A DNA stretch of 64,000 bases, taken from assembly GCA_964106915.2 (NCBI GenBank), contig OZ066914.1. The stretch is one strand, 5' to 3'. The notes beneath the pieces were generated by a model. The model was given only the letters and a program-made list of their open reading frames with translations, did no database searches and had not been told where the DNA came from. Position numbers and translations under genes: made by a program. The DNA is from Podarcis gaigeae (lineage: Eukaryota). Shown in pieces: positions 1 through 13,009 of this stretch. Every line of letters begins with the position of its first letter. Within the stretch, counting starts at the first letter, position 1.

Positions 1-1844
1 TAAATGCACCAGATTTTAGTGTCTTGCCTGTAGTTTCATGGTCTGGCTCAGTAAACTCCACCTGCGTTTTGTTTTACATTGAGACAAACTCTGAAAACTC
101 CCAGTATCTTTCCTTTACAAAAGGCGTCAGTGGGGAGCCGTGATCTGGATTGTGATGAGGAGCAAGGGGCGGGGGGATGGTTAAGCCGTTACATAAGTAC
201 ATGACAGTGGGCAAGCTGGTTGAAAAAATACACTCTTGACTTCCCTGTTATGTACATAGTGTAGGAAGCTGCTTATAATGAGTCAGACCATTGGTCCATC
301 TAGCTGAGTGTTGTCTATGCTGACTGACAGCAGCTCTGCATGGTTTCTGGCAACTTCCCTCCTAGCCTTACCTGGAGATGCTGAAGATTCATCCTGGGAC
401 CATCTGCATGCAAATCGGGTGCTCTAGCCACTGAGCCTTTCCCCCTCCCTTCAGATTCTTCTGTTGCTGTTCAGAGAGACAACCTAGTGGTGTTTGAAAA
501 TAGAAATGTCCTCTGTTTGCCACCGCAGTGATGTTGCCTTGGGAGCCAAGTCTGTGTCTTGCTGCAAGTTCACCATGGAGTGAATGAATGAGTTGTGAAT
601 GAATGAGTTGTGAATGAATGAATGAGAATTGAAAATGGGTTTGGGCTTTAGTCGGGAGAGAATTTGCTTTTGTCCCCAAAACCATTGCAGTAACTGGCTT
701 AAGCATAGAGGGCTCTGGTTGGGCTCCATAGAGTTTGTTCAGGAGGTTAGCAACTTGAATTTTAGAAATTCTGCTTGTGATAGTCACTTCTAGCATAAAT
801 GTTTGTGTGTGCAGTAGGTGTTGAATTGGCCCTGTGTGTCCAGGAGACATCCCTATTGATCTTTTCTCTACTCTATAACTTTACTTGCTTGCAGGAAATA
901 AAAATAAAGTTTCTTCCCAATTTGGAAGGAAGAGATGGAGGTGTCCTGGCTTGCCCAGCCTCTGCACCCATTGGTAGTTGCTTGGTTAGAGTACCAGCGA
1001 GGTGCAGAGGAAGAGCAATACTTTGCATAACCCCAGCTCTAAACTTTTGGAGGTGGAACTTGTTTTAATGTTCCCACTTCTCCCCCTTACTCCAAACAAA
1101 AAAGTTCAGAGGAGCAGATTTTCTTCTGACTTCTGACCATGTGCTGCATTTCAGAGAAGCTGTTGGACCCTGTCCTTTGGAGGAGTGGGGTCCTGCCAAC
1201 AACAAATGCTTAGCTCCGCTGGTAAGGCCAGCCAAAATGTATTGACCCCTGACAAAGTTAGGTGTGAATTTGAATGCTTTGTCTTGGTCCAACTGGAGGT
1301 TGGTTCCATTTACAATATTGGGAGTAATCTAATATTTAGGAACTTCTATGAGGTGCCATCCAAATATGTACTAATCCTACTTTTGCAGAAAACTAGTTGT
1401 ATTTGTGGAAGGAAGTAGATAACAATGAATGCTCTTGAGATGGTTGGAAGGTGCCTTGTATGCCTCCTTCCCTCAACTCTGCTTTCCTTTGGACCATATC
1501 AGTGAGACCGAGAAGGGGATATTTGTCATCTGGGTAGCCCAGGTGCACTGTATGCACACTGCCCAAGCTTGCATCCCAGGAGGTCACTTTGGTTCTGCTA
1601 ATGCAGCGGTTGACTTCACCCCTGGAGGTGCACTCCATTGTCTTTCAAGACAGACAGATGCCAGCAACCATAGTAGCTCTTTTGTATAACAGCTAAGTTA
1701 TTTTGAAGACCTTTTGTTTCAATGAGGTGTATGGGTCTATTGCAGGTGTTGTTGTTTTAAGCTGCAAATCTTTTGAAAGAGGTATCAGTGTCTTTGCTGC
1801 AGCAGAATAACATCGCCACTTTGTTTCCCCTTGCATGTGTTCAC

Positions 1845-2206
1845 GGGATGTCGTAGTTAGTCACTGAGCCTCTTGGGCTTGCTGATCAGCGGTTCAAATC
1901 CCCGCGATGGGGTGAGCTCCCATTGCTCTGTCACAGCTTCTGTCAACCTAGGAGTTCAAAAGCACACTAGTAGCTGCAGCTACTAGTAGGTACTGCTGCA
2001 GCGGGAAGGTAAACAGCGTTTCCATGCACTCTGGCTTCCATCACTGTTCCGTTGCGTCAGAAGCGGTTTAGTCATGCTGGCCACATGACTCGGAAAGCTG
2101 TCTGTGAACAAACGCCGGCTCCCTTGGCCTGAAGGGGAATACTCCATAGCCACCTCATAGTCACCTTTGACTGGACTTAACCATCCAGGGGTCCTTTACC
2201 TTTACC
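1845..2206 (+). mobile_element. Sauria (Squam1) SINE, older copy
   Basis: tRNA-like head with GGTTCAAATCC B-box, shared body, (ACCTTT)n tail. Confidence 0.85.
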
Positions 2207-2768
2207 ATGTTGGTCACCTGGGCTGTACATAAGGATCTCCCGTGAGCTTTGTTTAATAGTGATATCTTACAGTCTGTTTATACCAATTCAATCCATCTTT
2301 GGTGAAGTTCTTGTCTGCAGTTTTTGAAACTCTACCATTTGTGCAGATGTCTCTCAGTGAGGTGAGGTACAGGTGATAAAATCTTGGCGCAGAATAATAA
2401 AGCTGTAATTTGTGCCTTCTCCCACTGCTTGCTGATTCTTCTTAAAACCCAGCTTAAAGTAACATTGGCACACACATTCAAGCTTACATTTTAGAAGCTG
2501 CCCATATCCTGTGTCAGGGCTATTGCACAGAGAGACGGTTGACTTTGTTGATTATGTCTATCAATGGATGTGAATGAGAGCAGGGTCCTTTCTCTTGCTT
2601 CCCAAGATCAAATCTGAGAGCAGACTTTCAATTCCTGTTTAATACCTAGCCTTCACCAGAGTGAAGCACATAATATGCCTGCTGTGTACCAAAAGAAGCA
2701 CAGCAGCCTTGATTTTTGGAAAACGCTGTGTGTGGGAATACTACCTTTTCATCTCTTTATTTTCCAAG

Positions 2769-2899
2769 CTTTTAAGATACACTTTGGATAAACAAGAGCT
2801 GCAGCGGGTGAGGATCATAGCCAGCGATAACCTCTGGGAGCCAATTTCCTTTTTCATGCTGGTTGACTCTGAGCTACGTGAAGCAGTCGATATCATTGG
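2769..2899 (+). CDS. GALC: Galactosylceramidase (GH59) coding exon, equivalent to human exon 7
   Basis: ccaag|CTT...ATTGG|gtagg; 131 nt; LLRYTLDKQELQRVRIIASDNLWEPISFFMLVDSELREAVDIIG resembles human GALC LQRVKIIASDNLWESIS...VDVIG. Earlier exons, including the WNE acid/base motif, were not found in the window. Confidence 0.96.
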
Positions 2900-4812
2900 G
2901 TAGGACATCTCTTCAAAGCTGATTTTTTCCACCCATAATCCCTTCTGAAAAATTCTGGCAAATGATGGGAAACAGCAACTTTGGAAAAACTTTCTGGAAT
3001 ATCAGCATAGCAGTTACAAAATTTTGGCCACGTGCCTCTTTAGCAGCAATCCTGTATGCCAAGGGGAGCATGCGTTGTGCCCATCAGATGTTGGAATGCA
3101 ACTCTCACCAGCCTCAGCCAACTTGGCGGTGGTCATGGCTCATGGGAGCTGTAGTCTCAATAGCATCTGCAGGGCAGCATGTTGGCTACCCCTGCCATAC
3201 ACATGGATCTGGGAGGATGACCCATTGTTGCAAAGATGGACTGACCTCTGATTAGACATCCATAGGATACTTTCAGGGATACTGAACTATACACACACGT
3301 TGATGTAATTGGAACATGACAACCCTCTCCTTTTTCCTTTGCTCTGGGAAAAGGGGAGAGGAGAATTTGAGCAGAGAAGTGCCTCATTTCTTCAAATCAT
3401 GCCACCCACTTCCCCAAGCTGTTCCCCCTCCTTCCAAGATTCCAAATATGCTTGTAAGTCTAGATATACATTTGGTACTCTGGTGAAGAAAGTCTTTGCT
3501 CAAAATCACATCCTCCCAAAGCTGTTTTGTTTGGACAGTAGGGAGACCTGTCAGGCTCTACTTTCAGGCAATTGACTGTAATTCATCGCGGTAGGTCTCC
3601 TTAGTTCTGGTTGTTCCCTTTTGGTAGACTGAATGGTTGCCATGTAGATCTGATTTTATCAGCCTGACCAATCCATGTGGTAACATTAGCTCTTCAGTGA
3701 GTAAAATTTGCCTTGTGTATCTTTTTGAAACTGGTGATTGTGGAGATGGACTATATTCAGTTAAGATCTGAATCGTTTGTGTGTGTTGTGGGAGGTAAAT
3801 TGGTGTGATTTAGGTTAAAACGATAAGATAACTCTAGTTCAAGATTTCAGAAGATAGAAAGTTCTTAGGGGTAGCTGCATGTTTCAGTACTTCCATGTTT
3901 CAAAATCAACTTGGCATGCCCAGAGTGAGGCAGGATTCCTGTTTTGAGAAACAAGAACCCCAAGCCCTGCTGTGTGGCACTATAGTCCTTAAGGTCTTTG
4001 ACTTTGGGTCAAGAATGGTGGCTGAGAGTTAGTAAACCCATGCAGTTTAAATTCTGCCTCTGCTGTGAGCCCACCAGAGGCCGAGAGAGAGAGAATGGAG
4101 ACAGTGATAATGACTTATTTTGCAGGGTTTTTGCAAAGATGGATGAGAAAGTATACAAAGCTCTTTTGAGTGTCCAGAGTGCTATGTAGATGCTAAGTAT
4201 TTATTTTTTTCCCCTTCCAAGTTTTGAGATGTAAATTATTATTATTCAGTCTATTAGCCACCCTTCACCAGCAGGTCCCAGAGCTGGTTACTGCAGTTTA
4301 AAATTCAGTATTCAGAATAGTTAAATGGCAGTCTTTGGCAGAAATTAATAAATCCCTGACACTTTCAGGTTCAAGTATTTTGTTCTTCTGGGTCATGGAC
4401 TTAACTGTGTATTGCATCCAAATGGATGATGCAGCCTGGCCCTCACCAACCCTGTGCCTTACAGACATCATGGACTGCAGTTTCCATCACCCCTGACTGT
4501 TGGGCATTCTAAGTGGCACAGATAGGAGCTGGATTTCACAATGTCTGCAAGGCAGCAGGTTAAGAGATGGCACATGCAAACACACAGGAAAAAGACACCC
4601 AATTTCACTGGGTGATCAGTGATTTGTTAAATGTATTCTAGAGGTGTTTGGATCCTAATCTCTCCTCCATGGAGAAAGGACTGATAAGAAGAACTACTGC
4701 AAAAGAAACTACAGTTTTCTGAAAGTTTAAACTTACTGCAATCAAGTGTGTTTAGAGTCCTTGCTTTGAGTTAAAATGCACTTTGCCTTGCTTTTTGTTT
4801 TTCAATATCCAG

Positions 4813-4968
4813 GGCTCATTACCCAGGAACGAAAACGGTGCGTAGTGCGTTGCACACAAAGAAGAAACTCTGGGCTTCAGAAGACTATAGCACTTTCAAT
4901 GATGAAGTGGGGGCAGGTTGCTGGGCTCGAATCCTGAACCAAAATTTTGTGAATGGGAACATGACATC
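4813..4968 (+). CDS. GALC: GALC coding exon (exon 8 equivalent), contains the catalytic nucleophile Glu
   Basis: ccag|G GCT CAT TAC CCA...ACA TC|gtacg; 156 nt; [51 protein letters not shown]; WxSED motif intact. Confidence 0.97.
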
Positions 4969-5033
4969 GTACGTCTTGACTTTCAAAGAATTATAGATAT
5001 GTGTGTGTGTGTGTGTGTGTCTGCCTGTCTGTC

Positions 5034-5065
<32 letters not shown>

Positions 5066-5282
5066 GCAAGGTAGAATATAACCTTGTCTAATTACCAGTA
5101 ATTGGAAATGCTAGTTGCCAGGTTTGCATTTTTCAGCTAATGAAATCCCCGTGGACTTGAAACTTGTATTTCTTGACAGTCTGGTTCACTTTTATCCACA
5201 ACAGAAGACGTAGGCTCAAACACTTGATATTGTGGCCCAGATAAGTCTTAATTTCCCTCTTCACATGTTACCTCCAGTTATT

Positions 5283-5605
5283 GATGATGATCTGCATGAT
5301 GACCTCTTGTTGGGAGAAAGACGGAGGGGAAATATGTCCCTGTTAATTCTCCTCAGTCTCTCAGCGGCTTTCAGTACCATCAACCATAGTATCCTTCTGG
5401 AGCGGCTGTCTGAGTTGGGGGTGGGTGGCACCCACTTTGCAGTTGGTCGGGTCCTGCTTGGATGGTCATTTCCAGAAGGTGATGCTTGGGGAGTGCTGTT
5501 CGGCCTTGTAGAGTCTTCACTGTGGGGGTTCAATTTGATCCTCCTTGCTGTTTAACAAGTAATCTGGAATTTTGGAGTACGTTGTCAGCAATATACTGAT
5601 GACAT
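5283..5605 (+). mobile_element. L2/CR1-clade LINE RT fragment
   Basis: LLILLSLSAAFSTINHSILLERL, a decayed LLDLSAAFDTIDH motif; YTDD remnant near 5594. Confidence 0.8.
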
Positions 5606-5740
5606 ACGTTGAGCTACAGCCCTTTCTCATAGACAAATATATTCCCGGTATATTTATTGGTCTAACCATAGCATGCTAGACCAATTCTTTACATGATTCT
5701 CTTTATTAATTCCTGTCTTCTTTATCTCTATATCACACAG

Positions 5741-5865
5741 CACTATTGCTTGGAATTTGGTGGCTAGTTACTATGAAGATTTACCTTTTGGCCGGTGTGG
5801 TTTAATGACAGCGCAGGAACCATGGAGCGGGCATTACACTGTGAACCCCCCCATATGGATAACAG
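5741..5865 (+). CDS. GALC: GALC coding exon (exon 9 equivalent)
   Basis: acag|C ACT ATT GCT TGG...ACA G|gtatt; 125 nt; [41 protein letters not shown]. Confidence 0.97.
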
Positions 5866-6997
5866 GTATTTTTTTCAGACAGAGCTTTTTGAAATGAGAT
5901 GTATGTTTTTCAATTGTGGCTTTTCTAAGCTATTAAGGCCGCAGCACACTTCATTGGGCATACAAACTATTTAACCCAGCAGGGCTAACTTCTGCATAGA
6001 TATGCATGGGATTGCACCACAAATGTATTTTGAATTGCTGCTCTGTGATGCAATTTTTCAAATTTATTGGACAGCCTTTGTAGTAGTGATGTTCTTGGCA
6101 AGTTAACTAAGAGCTGGAAGGGAAAGGTTGTGGTGTATTTGGAAATTAACTTGTTTGGGCGCAATAAGGGCCAGCTCAAGGCACGATCAGCATGATAAAA
6201 AATGCCACGTATTCATGCTATACACACATACATGCACATGTATTTACAGAGTAGCCCTAACTGTGGCTCAGAAGCCCTATTTAATTTAACAAGGTTTACT
6301 CCCAGGTAAGTGGAGTTAGGATTGCAAATTTTAGTAAGATTCCATGTTTCCCCCAGGGGGGCAGAACTAAGCAAATTCTCTCTCTGTGTGTTTGTGTATG
6401 TATATATATGTACATAGGGCCAGCTCTAGACATTTTGCTTTCTGTGGTGCAGCAGCAAATGATGCATTTTCTATCCCTAAAGTACATAGTACCCAAGGCC
6501 AACAATGTTATTTTGGTATCTGGGGCAGAAAATACTGCAAGCTCCTCTCCTGTCTTGTAAAAAAAAAATCAACAATAAATACACAAATATTTCCTGCAAT
6601 GATTTCATGTCATCCCAAATTGGCTGCCAGAGATGGCTGCATCACTCTGCCTAATGTTAGGGCCAGTCCCCACCTCTCTGCATCAACCTGTGTGTGTAGA
6701 GCTGGAGTCCCCAACATGGTGTCTATGAGCACCACAGTGCCCTCAGATACATCTATGGCACCTTCCTTGGGCCTCTGACCCTCCTGATTTTTATCTTAGT
6801 TTTGGAATTGGGGGATGTTTTGAGGGGGCAGGGGACAGTCTACTTTTTTCATTGTTTTCTTTCCCCCCCGCTGATGTCAGTTCTGTAAAAGCAAAAACCC
6901 TCAATGCAGTTTACAAAAAAGATAAAACTGTAGTAAAGTTATTAATAGAAAGAAAAAAACAACAACTTTCTTCTCTCCTTTTTCTGTTTTGACACAG

Positions 6998-7125
6998 CAC
7001 ACACTACCCATTTCACACAACCAGGCTGGTACTACCTGCAAACCGATGGGCATCTGGAAAAAGGTGGCAGCTACGTGGCTCTGACTGATAGGCAAGGCAA
7101 TCTCACGATCATCATTGAAACCATG
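6998..7125 (+). CDS. GALC: GALC coding exon (exon 10 equivalent)
   Basis: acag|CA CAC ACT...ACC ATG|gtaat; 128 nt; [42 protein letters not shown]. Confidence 0.97.
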
Positions 7126-8335
7126 GTAATGCTTTCTTAACGCACTCTGCCAATGTCTACCTAGCTCAGAACTGTATTCCAGCTATTTAAAACAATGGTG
7201 TTTTAAAGGTACCTGTGCTGTATGCTGGTCTGCCATGGTCCGTTAGATGGAACTGTGATTGGGAAGGGCCATCTATAAATCTCACCTCGTCTATGAATTC
7301 AGAAGCTGGCCTTAGATAACCTTCTGTCTCATAATCTCTGCCCCCATGCCTGCATTACAGGAGCTGTTTGTAGTGACCTATTTTATAGAATTGTGGAAAG
7401 GCAAGGTAAAATTGGTGAACCTGCAGCCCTCCAGATGTTGTTGAACCACAACTCCCATCATCCCTGGCCATCATCCATGATGGTGGGGGTGCTGATGGGA
7501 GTTGTGGTTCAACCGCACTGGGAGGGCCTACTTCTTTCTCCCATCCCTGTTGTAAGGGTTCCTGGAATGACATACTTGAAGTGCTTTGAACACTGGTGAC
7601 ACAGTCATTCAAAGTATGACAGTCATACCACTATTGAGGTTCATGGCACTTAACAAGGAATGTGAGGACCACAAAACAAGGTGCTTACAAAAGTTTATTT
7701 TTCTGCAGCTGCTGCTGGCTTGTTATTGCATGATCTTGAATGGAGTTTGTTCAGTGTGATCTATGACCTGCTTCAGTTGCTAGCAATGCAAAGTTAGGTC
7801 ATGTTTGTGCCAAAGTTTGAGACTTCTCAATGGAAGTTGCATGCAAGGAGCTTCCCGATTGACTTAGGGCATCAATGAATGTTAGCCTAATTCCTAGGAT
7901 CACCCCCCACTCCAAAAAAAGAAAGAAACACAACTTAGCACTTTGTTGCTGTGGGCAACAAACTGTGCACAGTTCCCAGTCTGGTCCTTCAGAGCAGTCC
8001 TGTTCTGATCCAGGGTTGATTTGATGTGGATTCAGGTCCTGGACTGAATTGGGGTCCTTGCACAGTCTTTAATTGGGGTTTAAAATCTTAATTAAGCTTG
8101 GGGTTGGAATGTGGGATGGAGTGGGGGAAGAAGACACATGCAGGCAACTGACTGTCCCCTTTTGACCTCCCTATTGCTCCCCTCTTAACAGCCCCAAAGT
8201 GATCCAGGGTTGCCTTAACCCATTTTGGCTCAATTTTGGGTAAACCCAAATTGGCCCCGTTCAGGACCTGGAATTCAGCCAGAGTCAGCACATAGCTCCT
8301 AAGCAACACATAGAGTTCTAGTTGTATTGTTAATA

Positions 8336-8580
8336 CAGTGGTACCTCTGAATGCGAACGGGATCCATTCTGGAGCCCTGTTCGCATCCAGAGCAGAATGC
8401 ACCCCGCGTCTGCGTGTGCGCGGGTCGCAATTCACTGCTTCTGCGCATGCGCGTGACGTCATTTTGAGCGTGTGCGCGAGTGGCGAAACCCGGAAGGAAC
8501 GCGTTCTGTTACTTCTTGGTCGCGCGGAGCGTAACCTGAAAACGCTCAACCTGAAGCAACTTTAACCCAAGGTATGACTG
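8336..8580. mobile_element. Tc1/mariner-type MITE
   Basis: TA|CAGTGGTACC...GGTATGACTG imperfect TIRs; CpG-rich. Confidence 0.75.
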
Positions 8581-8666
8581 TGATTCTTTTGAGTATTAGT
8601 TTCAGATAATATATTGTCTTGAGTTGAGATGGTGGTTGATGTGAGTTCCTTGCTGTTCATTTTCAG

Positions 8667-8756
8667 ACTCACGACCACTCCAAGTGCATCAGGCCACCAC
8701 TATTTCCCTACTCTGTGTCACCACAGAAAGCAACTTTCCATCTCAAAGGATCCTTT
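8667..8756 (+). CDS. GALC: GALC coding exon (exon 11 equivalent)
   Basis: ttcag|ACT...TTT|gtaagt; 90 nt; THDHSKCIRPPLFPYSVSPQKATFHLKGSF. Confidence 0.96.
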
Positions 8757-9713
8757 GTAAGTAAATGTCATACACTTAATTTGCTGCCTCTCACTTCTGT
8801 GTTCTGCCACTAATGTGTGCAATATACGTGCAGTAGGACATATGAAGAAAGCAGAATCTTGGAATAATAGTGTGTGTGGTACGTATTTGCTATTTTGAAG
8901 TGTCTATAGCTAGACACCATATATAAATAATCCTACTTGTTTTATACTCAGCCAATCACAGCTTTGGATCACTCATTAGTAGGTCTGTTCTGTATGATGC
9001 ATTTTGTGTGTGTGTGTTAGGGCACCTACCCTTCCACTGAATGTCAGACAGCTGCTGTCTCTATTGTCTTTTTGGCAGCAGCTGAAGACCTTTCTTTTTC
9101 AGCAGAGATTTGACTCGTACCAGATTTGAAATTGTTTTTAATATATGATGTTGTTTGTATATATTTTATTGTTAAATTGCTCTGAGATGTTTAATAAAAA
9201 ATGGTTTTAAAAAGGGTGGACTTTGCTGCCACAGACTTACAAATTTATACATTCTTATTGAGTTGCCCACACAGCAGTTGTATATGAATGAATTAATATT
9301 AAAACAGTAGGCAGCTAGGTATTCTAGATCCATGGTGTTTGGTTATTGACACCAGCCCATGATCTTTATGCGGGGCCTTACATCTGCCAGGAGGAAGACT
9401 TCTACTTTGCTCTGGCATTGGGAACCTCTTTGACTGTAGCTTCCATAAGCCTAATCCAGCATGGCCAATGATTTGTAGTTCAACAAAATCTGGAGGGCCA
9501 CATTTGCCCCATTCCTGATTAAGCTGGAATCTACACACGTATAAAATCCATTGTGAAAATGCTTTAAAAAAAATGTTTTGAAAAATACATTGAATTTGGT
9601 ATAGCTCACTGTTGCCATCCAGTGTCACCTCTGTATATTGCACTTTACAACACATTCAGAAACCTACAGGGTTTTATAAGAAGACTCATGAAAGTTTTCT
9701 CCCCCTTCCTCAG

Positions 9714-9803
9714 AGCAAGCTGAAATCTCTTCACATGTGGTATTCTAAACTTGAATTTAATTCTCCCAACTCCACATTGTTCCAGTCTCTTGGACCCATA
9801 AAT
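9714..9803 (+). CDS. GALC: GALC coding exon (exon 12 equivalent)
   Basis: ctcag|AGC...AAT|gtaagt; 90 nt; SKLKSLHMWYSKLEFNSPNSTLFQSLGPIN (human LQVWYTKL region). Confidence 0.92.
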
Positions 9804-10198
9804 GTAAGTGTGCCTTAATTTATTTACGTGGTCACCTTACCCCATAAATGTCAGTTCGATTGCTTTGATCTGCTGAACTGGCACTGATTCTTGCCTATCC
9901 AGACATGTAGAATGTTGATATGTCTTTTATCATTGACTGTAAATATTTTTTTAATGTTTTCAATGGTTGTTTTGTAAACCGCTTTGAGGTTTTATTGCCA
10001 TCAAGCGGTATATAAATCTTATAAAATTAATTGATTAATTTATAGCAAAATACTGCAGTCTTCAAGAAGAAAAAAAAATCCATGTTGCTTGTGATCTTTT
10101 CTCCAGGCCTATAAATAAAGGCCTGATAAGTCCTCAACATGCTAAATATTGATTCTGTTTACTGCATAAACTCACTACTGTCCCAGGCCTGAAATGTA

Positions 10199-10544
10199 CA
10201 GTGGTGCCCCGCAAGACGAACGCCTCGCAAGATGGAAAACCCGCTAGGTTTTCCGTTTTGGAGGTGCTTCGCAAAACGAATTTCCCTATGGGCTTGCTTC
10301 GCAAGACGAAAATGTCTTGCGAGTTCCTGCGGGTTTTCCCCCCTTCCCCCCCTTTTCCTAAGCCGCTAAGCCGCTTATCAGCTGATCCGCTGATAAGCCG
10401 CTTAACAGCTGATCGCATAAAGCCGCTAAACCGCTAATAGCGCTAATCTGCTAAGCTGTCAATGGGCTTGCTTCACAAGACGAAAAAACCGCTATACGAA
10501 GAGCCTCACGGAACTGATTAATTTCGTCTTGCGAGGCACCACTG
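10199..10544. mobile_element. Tc1/mariner-type MITE with internal TAAGCCGCT-like tandem repeats
   Basis: TA|CAGTGGTGCCCCGCAAGACGAA ... TTCGTCTTGCGAGGCACCACTG|TA. Confidence 0.85.
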
Positions 10545-10744
10545 TAATGCATCACCGTACTTACCTATAATGCCTTGTATTGTTGCAGTAAAATGTCACA
10601 TCCAGAGGTTGTGGCTAAAGCTTAGTCAACCTTGTAGTGATAATCTGAAGCAGGACCATTTTGTTGCCTTGCCAGTCCTAGGCTTGTACCCAAGATGAAA
10701 GATTTCACCTGTATTCCCTGCCTCTAGTCAGCCACTTGTGCATC

Positions 10745-11800
10745 ATCTCTCTCTCTCTCATTTTTATTAAATTTTCATCTAATGACTTCCCTTCTTCTCT
10801 TTCCATGATTCATTTTGCCTATCTTACATCCCTGCATATTTTACAATAACCATTCCAATCGGTTTTCCACTATTACGTCCATCAATATTATGTTGCCAGT
10901 GTTTTGAGCTGTACACAGTTATTTTCCATATACTCAATAAACATTTTCAAATCTTCTTTTAATGTATGTTCTTCTTGCTCTCTTATTCTATATGCCAAAT
11001 CTGTCTGCAAGCTGTGCATATTCTGTCAACTTAAGTTGCCAATCCCCTTTAGATGGGACCTCGCTCACTTTCCATTTTGGAGCTAACACAACATGGGCTG
11101 CAGTTGTTGCATACATAAATAACCTTTTCTGATACCTGAGGATTTCAGTCTGGGTTATCCCCAGCAGAAAGGACTTTTTTTTTGGGGGGGGGGGGAAAGT
11201 AATTTTAAACATTTTTTTCAGTTCATTATAAATATTTCCCCAAAATTCTTTTACCTTTTTACATGTCCACCACATGTGAAAGAATGTTCCCTTCACCTCT
11301 TTACACTTCCAGTACCAATCTTGTAAATCTTGGCCAGCCTAGGTAAAGGTAAAGGGAGCCCTGACCATTAGGTCCAGTCGTGACCAACTCTGGGGTTGTG
11401 GCGCTCATCTCGTTTTATTGGCCGAGGGAGCCGGTGTACAGCTTCCGGTTCATGTGGCCAGCATGACTAAGCCGCTTCTGATGAACCAGAGCAGCACGGA
11501 AATGCCATTTACCTTCCTGCCGGAGCGGTACCTATTTATCTACATGCACTTTGACGTGCTTTCGAACTGCTAGGTTGGCAGGAGCTGGGACCGAGCAATG
11601 GGAGCTCACCCCGTCGCGGGGATGCAAACCTCCGACCTTCTGATCAGCAAGTCCTAGGCTCTGTCTTTTAACCCACTGTGCCACCTGCGTCCCATCTTGG
11701 CCAGCCTACTTGGAGTTAAATGCCATCTATGAATCATTTTCAAATAGTTCTCTTTCAAAGAATAACATGCTATAAATTTCAAGTCACTTTTCCAAAGTTT
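10745..11800 (-). mobile_element. 5'-truncated L1 LINE (ORF2 C-terminus and 3' end), interrupted by a SINE
   Basis: Minus strand gives KLWKSDLKF...[11 protein letters not shown] and GTFFHMWWTCKKVKEFW (L1 Cys-rich domain); TSD CTTGTGCATC at 10735-10744 and 11801-11810. Confidence 0.88.
11342..11693 (-). mobile_element. Sauria SINE nested in the L1
   Basis: GGGACGC head on the minus strand, AGGTAA tail; perfect 15-bp TSD ATCTTGGCCAGCCTA (11327-11341, 11694-11708). Confidence 0.93.
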
Positions 11801-11824
11801 CTTGTGCATCCTTTCTCCACGCAG

Positions 11825-11969
11825 GTTTCCGAAGGCGTGTTGACACTAAATCTGGGTCTGGATGAGGTCTATACTTTGACAACCTTGACAGCAGGCTTTG
11901 AGAAGCCTTTCCCGGATCCCCCTGCATCCCAGCCATTTCCTTCCGATTACAAGGATGATTTCAATATCC
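11825..11969 (+). CDS. GALC: GALC coding exon (exon 13 equivalent)
   Basis: cgcag|GTT...ATC C|gtaagt; 145 nt; [48 protein letters not shown]. Confidence 0.96.
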
Positions 11970-12828
11970 GTAAGTAACACTTGGAAGTCATTTTTTGGGT
12001 TTCGGAGGTGGGATAGGACATTATCTGGTGGCCCCAGGCTACCACAGGATCCTTATCAATAGTATTAATTCTCAAGCATATGTGATTAGAAGCCTGCATT
12101 AACACAAATGTTTGACCTGGGGAGTATCCAGCATACTGTATACTCAGTGGACATTCATGTTTCTTTTTGAGGAGCTTCAGCTTCAGGAAAGACTTCTGAT
12201 CCCCAAAGGCGGGGGTGTTAGAACCTCAGGTCTGGGGGCCAACTGCAACCCACAGCCCTGGCTCCTCTGTCTGGCCCTCTCAATTCTCCGCAGACACACA
12301 CCTTCCTGGCTCTGTTCGGACCCTGAGCATTTCTTCCTGGCTGTGATGTGTCTGATAAAGCCTCTTGCTTGACAGGGTTGAGGATGGAGGGGAAAGTGTG
12401 AGTGTGTGTAGAAGGTAGTCTACTTTGCAAATGTAACGTTTCCATGTGTGGCCCCGCATGCCGCTGCCACGTGGTCCTTGGAAGGTAGGCCAGAAAAAGG
12501 ATGTGGCTCCCAAGTTGTAGAAGTTTCCCTAGCTGCAAGGTCAAAAACAGCCATCCGTTTTGAGATTTGCATCCAGCGCCGGAACTGCTTGCAGGTTAGG
12601 ATTGAGGATCCTCCATGGGCTTCAATTCCTGAGAGGCTTTCAGGTGTCCTCTTCAACTTGGATGACCCTAATGAAACACTCAGTTTGTTACCAAATTGGG
12701 GGGATGTCAGCTCTGTGCCAGGTTCTGCCTGCTGCGTCCCTGGTGTTGCAGTGGTACTGAGAGAAGCTGTCACATCTTCTTTTGTAGTGCAGGCGGGTGA
12801 AATAACAAGCTTTCTGTTCTCCCAACAG

Positions 12829-13009
12829 GCAACCCGCCTTTCAGTGAGGCCCCAAACTTTGCCGATCAAACTGGGGTGTTTGAGTACTTTGTAAACGTTT
12901 CTGATCCTGGGGAGCATGTCTTCACCCTCCGACAGGTGGTGACACAGAGGCCTATAACCTGGGTTACTGAATCAGAGCATCCCATCAGCATTATTGGCAA
13001 CTATAAATG
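12829..13009 (+). CDS. GALC: GALC coding exon (exon 14 equivalent)
   Basis: acag|GC AAC...AAA TG|gtatgt; 181 nt; [59 protein letters not shown]. Confidence 0.97.

Noticed and set aside
10368-10457. Short TAAGCCGCT-like repeats that superficially resemble an array
   Set aside because: Internal tandem repeats of a TA-flanked MITE with no unique spacers, in eukaryotic DNA; not CRISPR.
12420-12917. Overlapping 148-aa and 165-aa ORFs
   Set aside because: Mostly intronic, and out of frame or antisense to GALC exon 14; no homology recognised.
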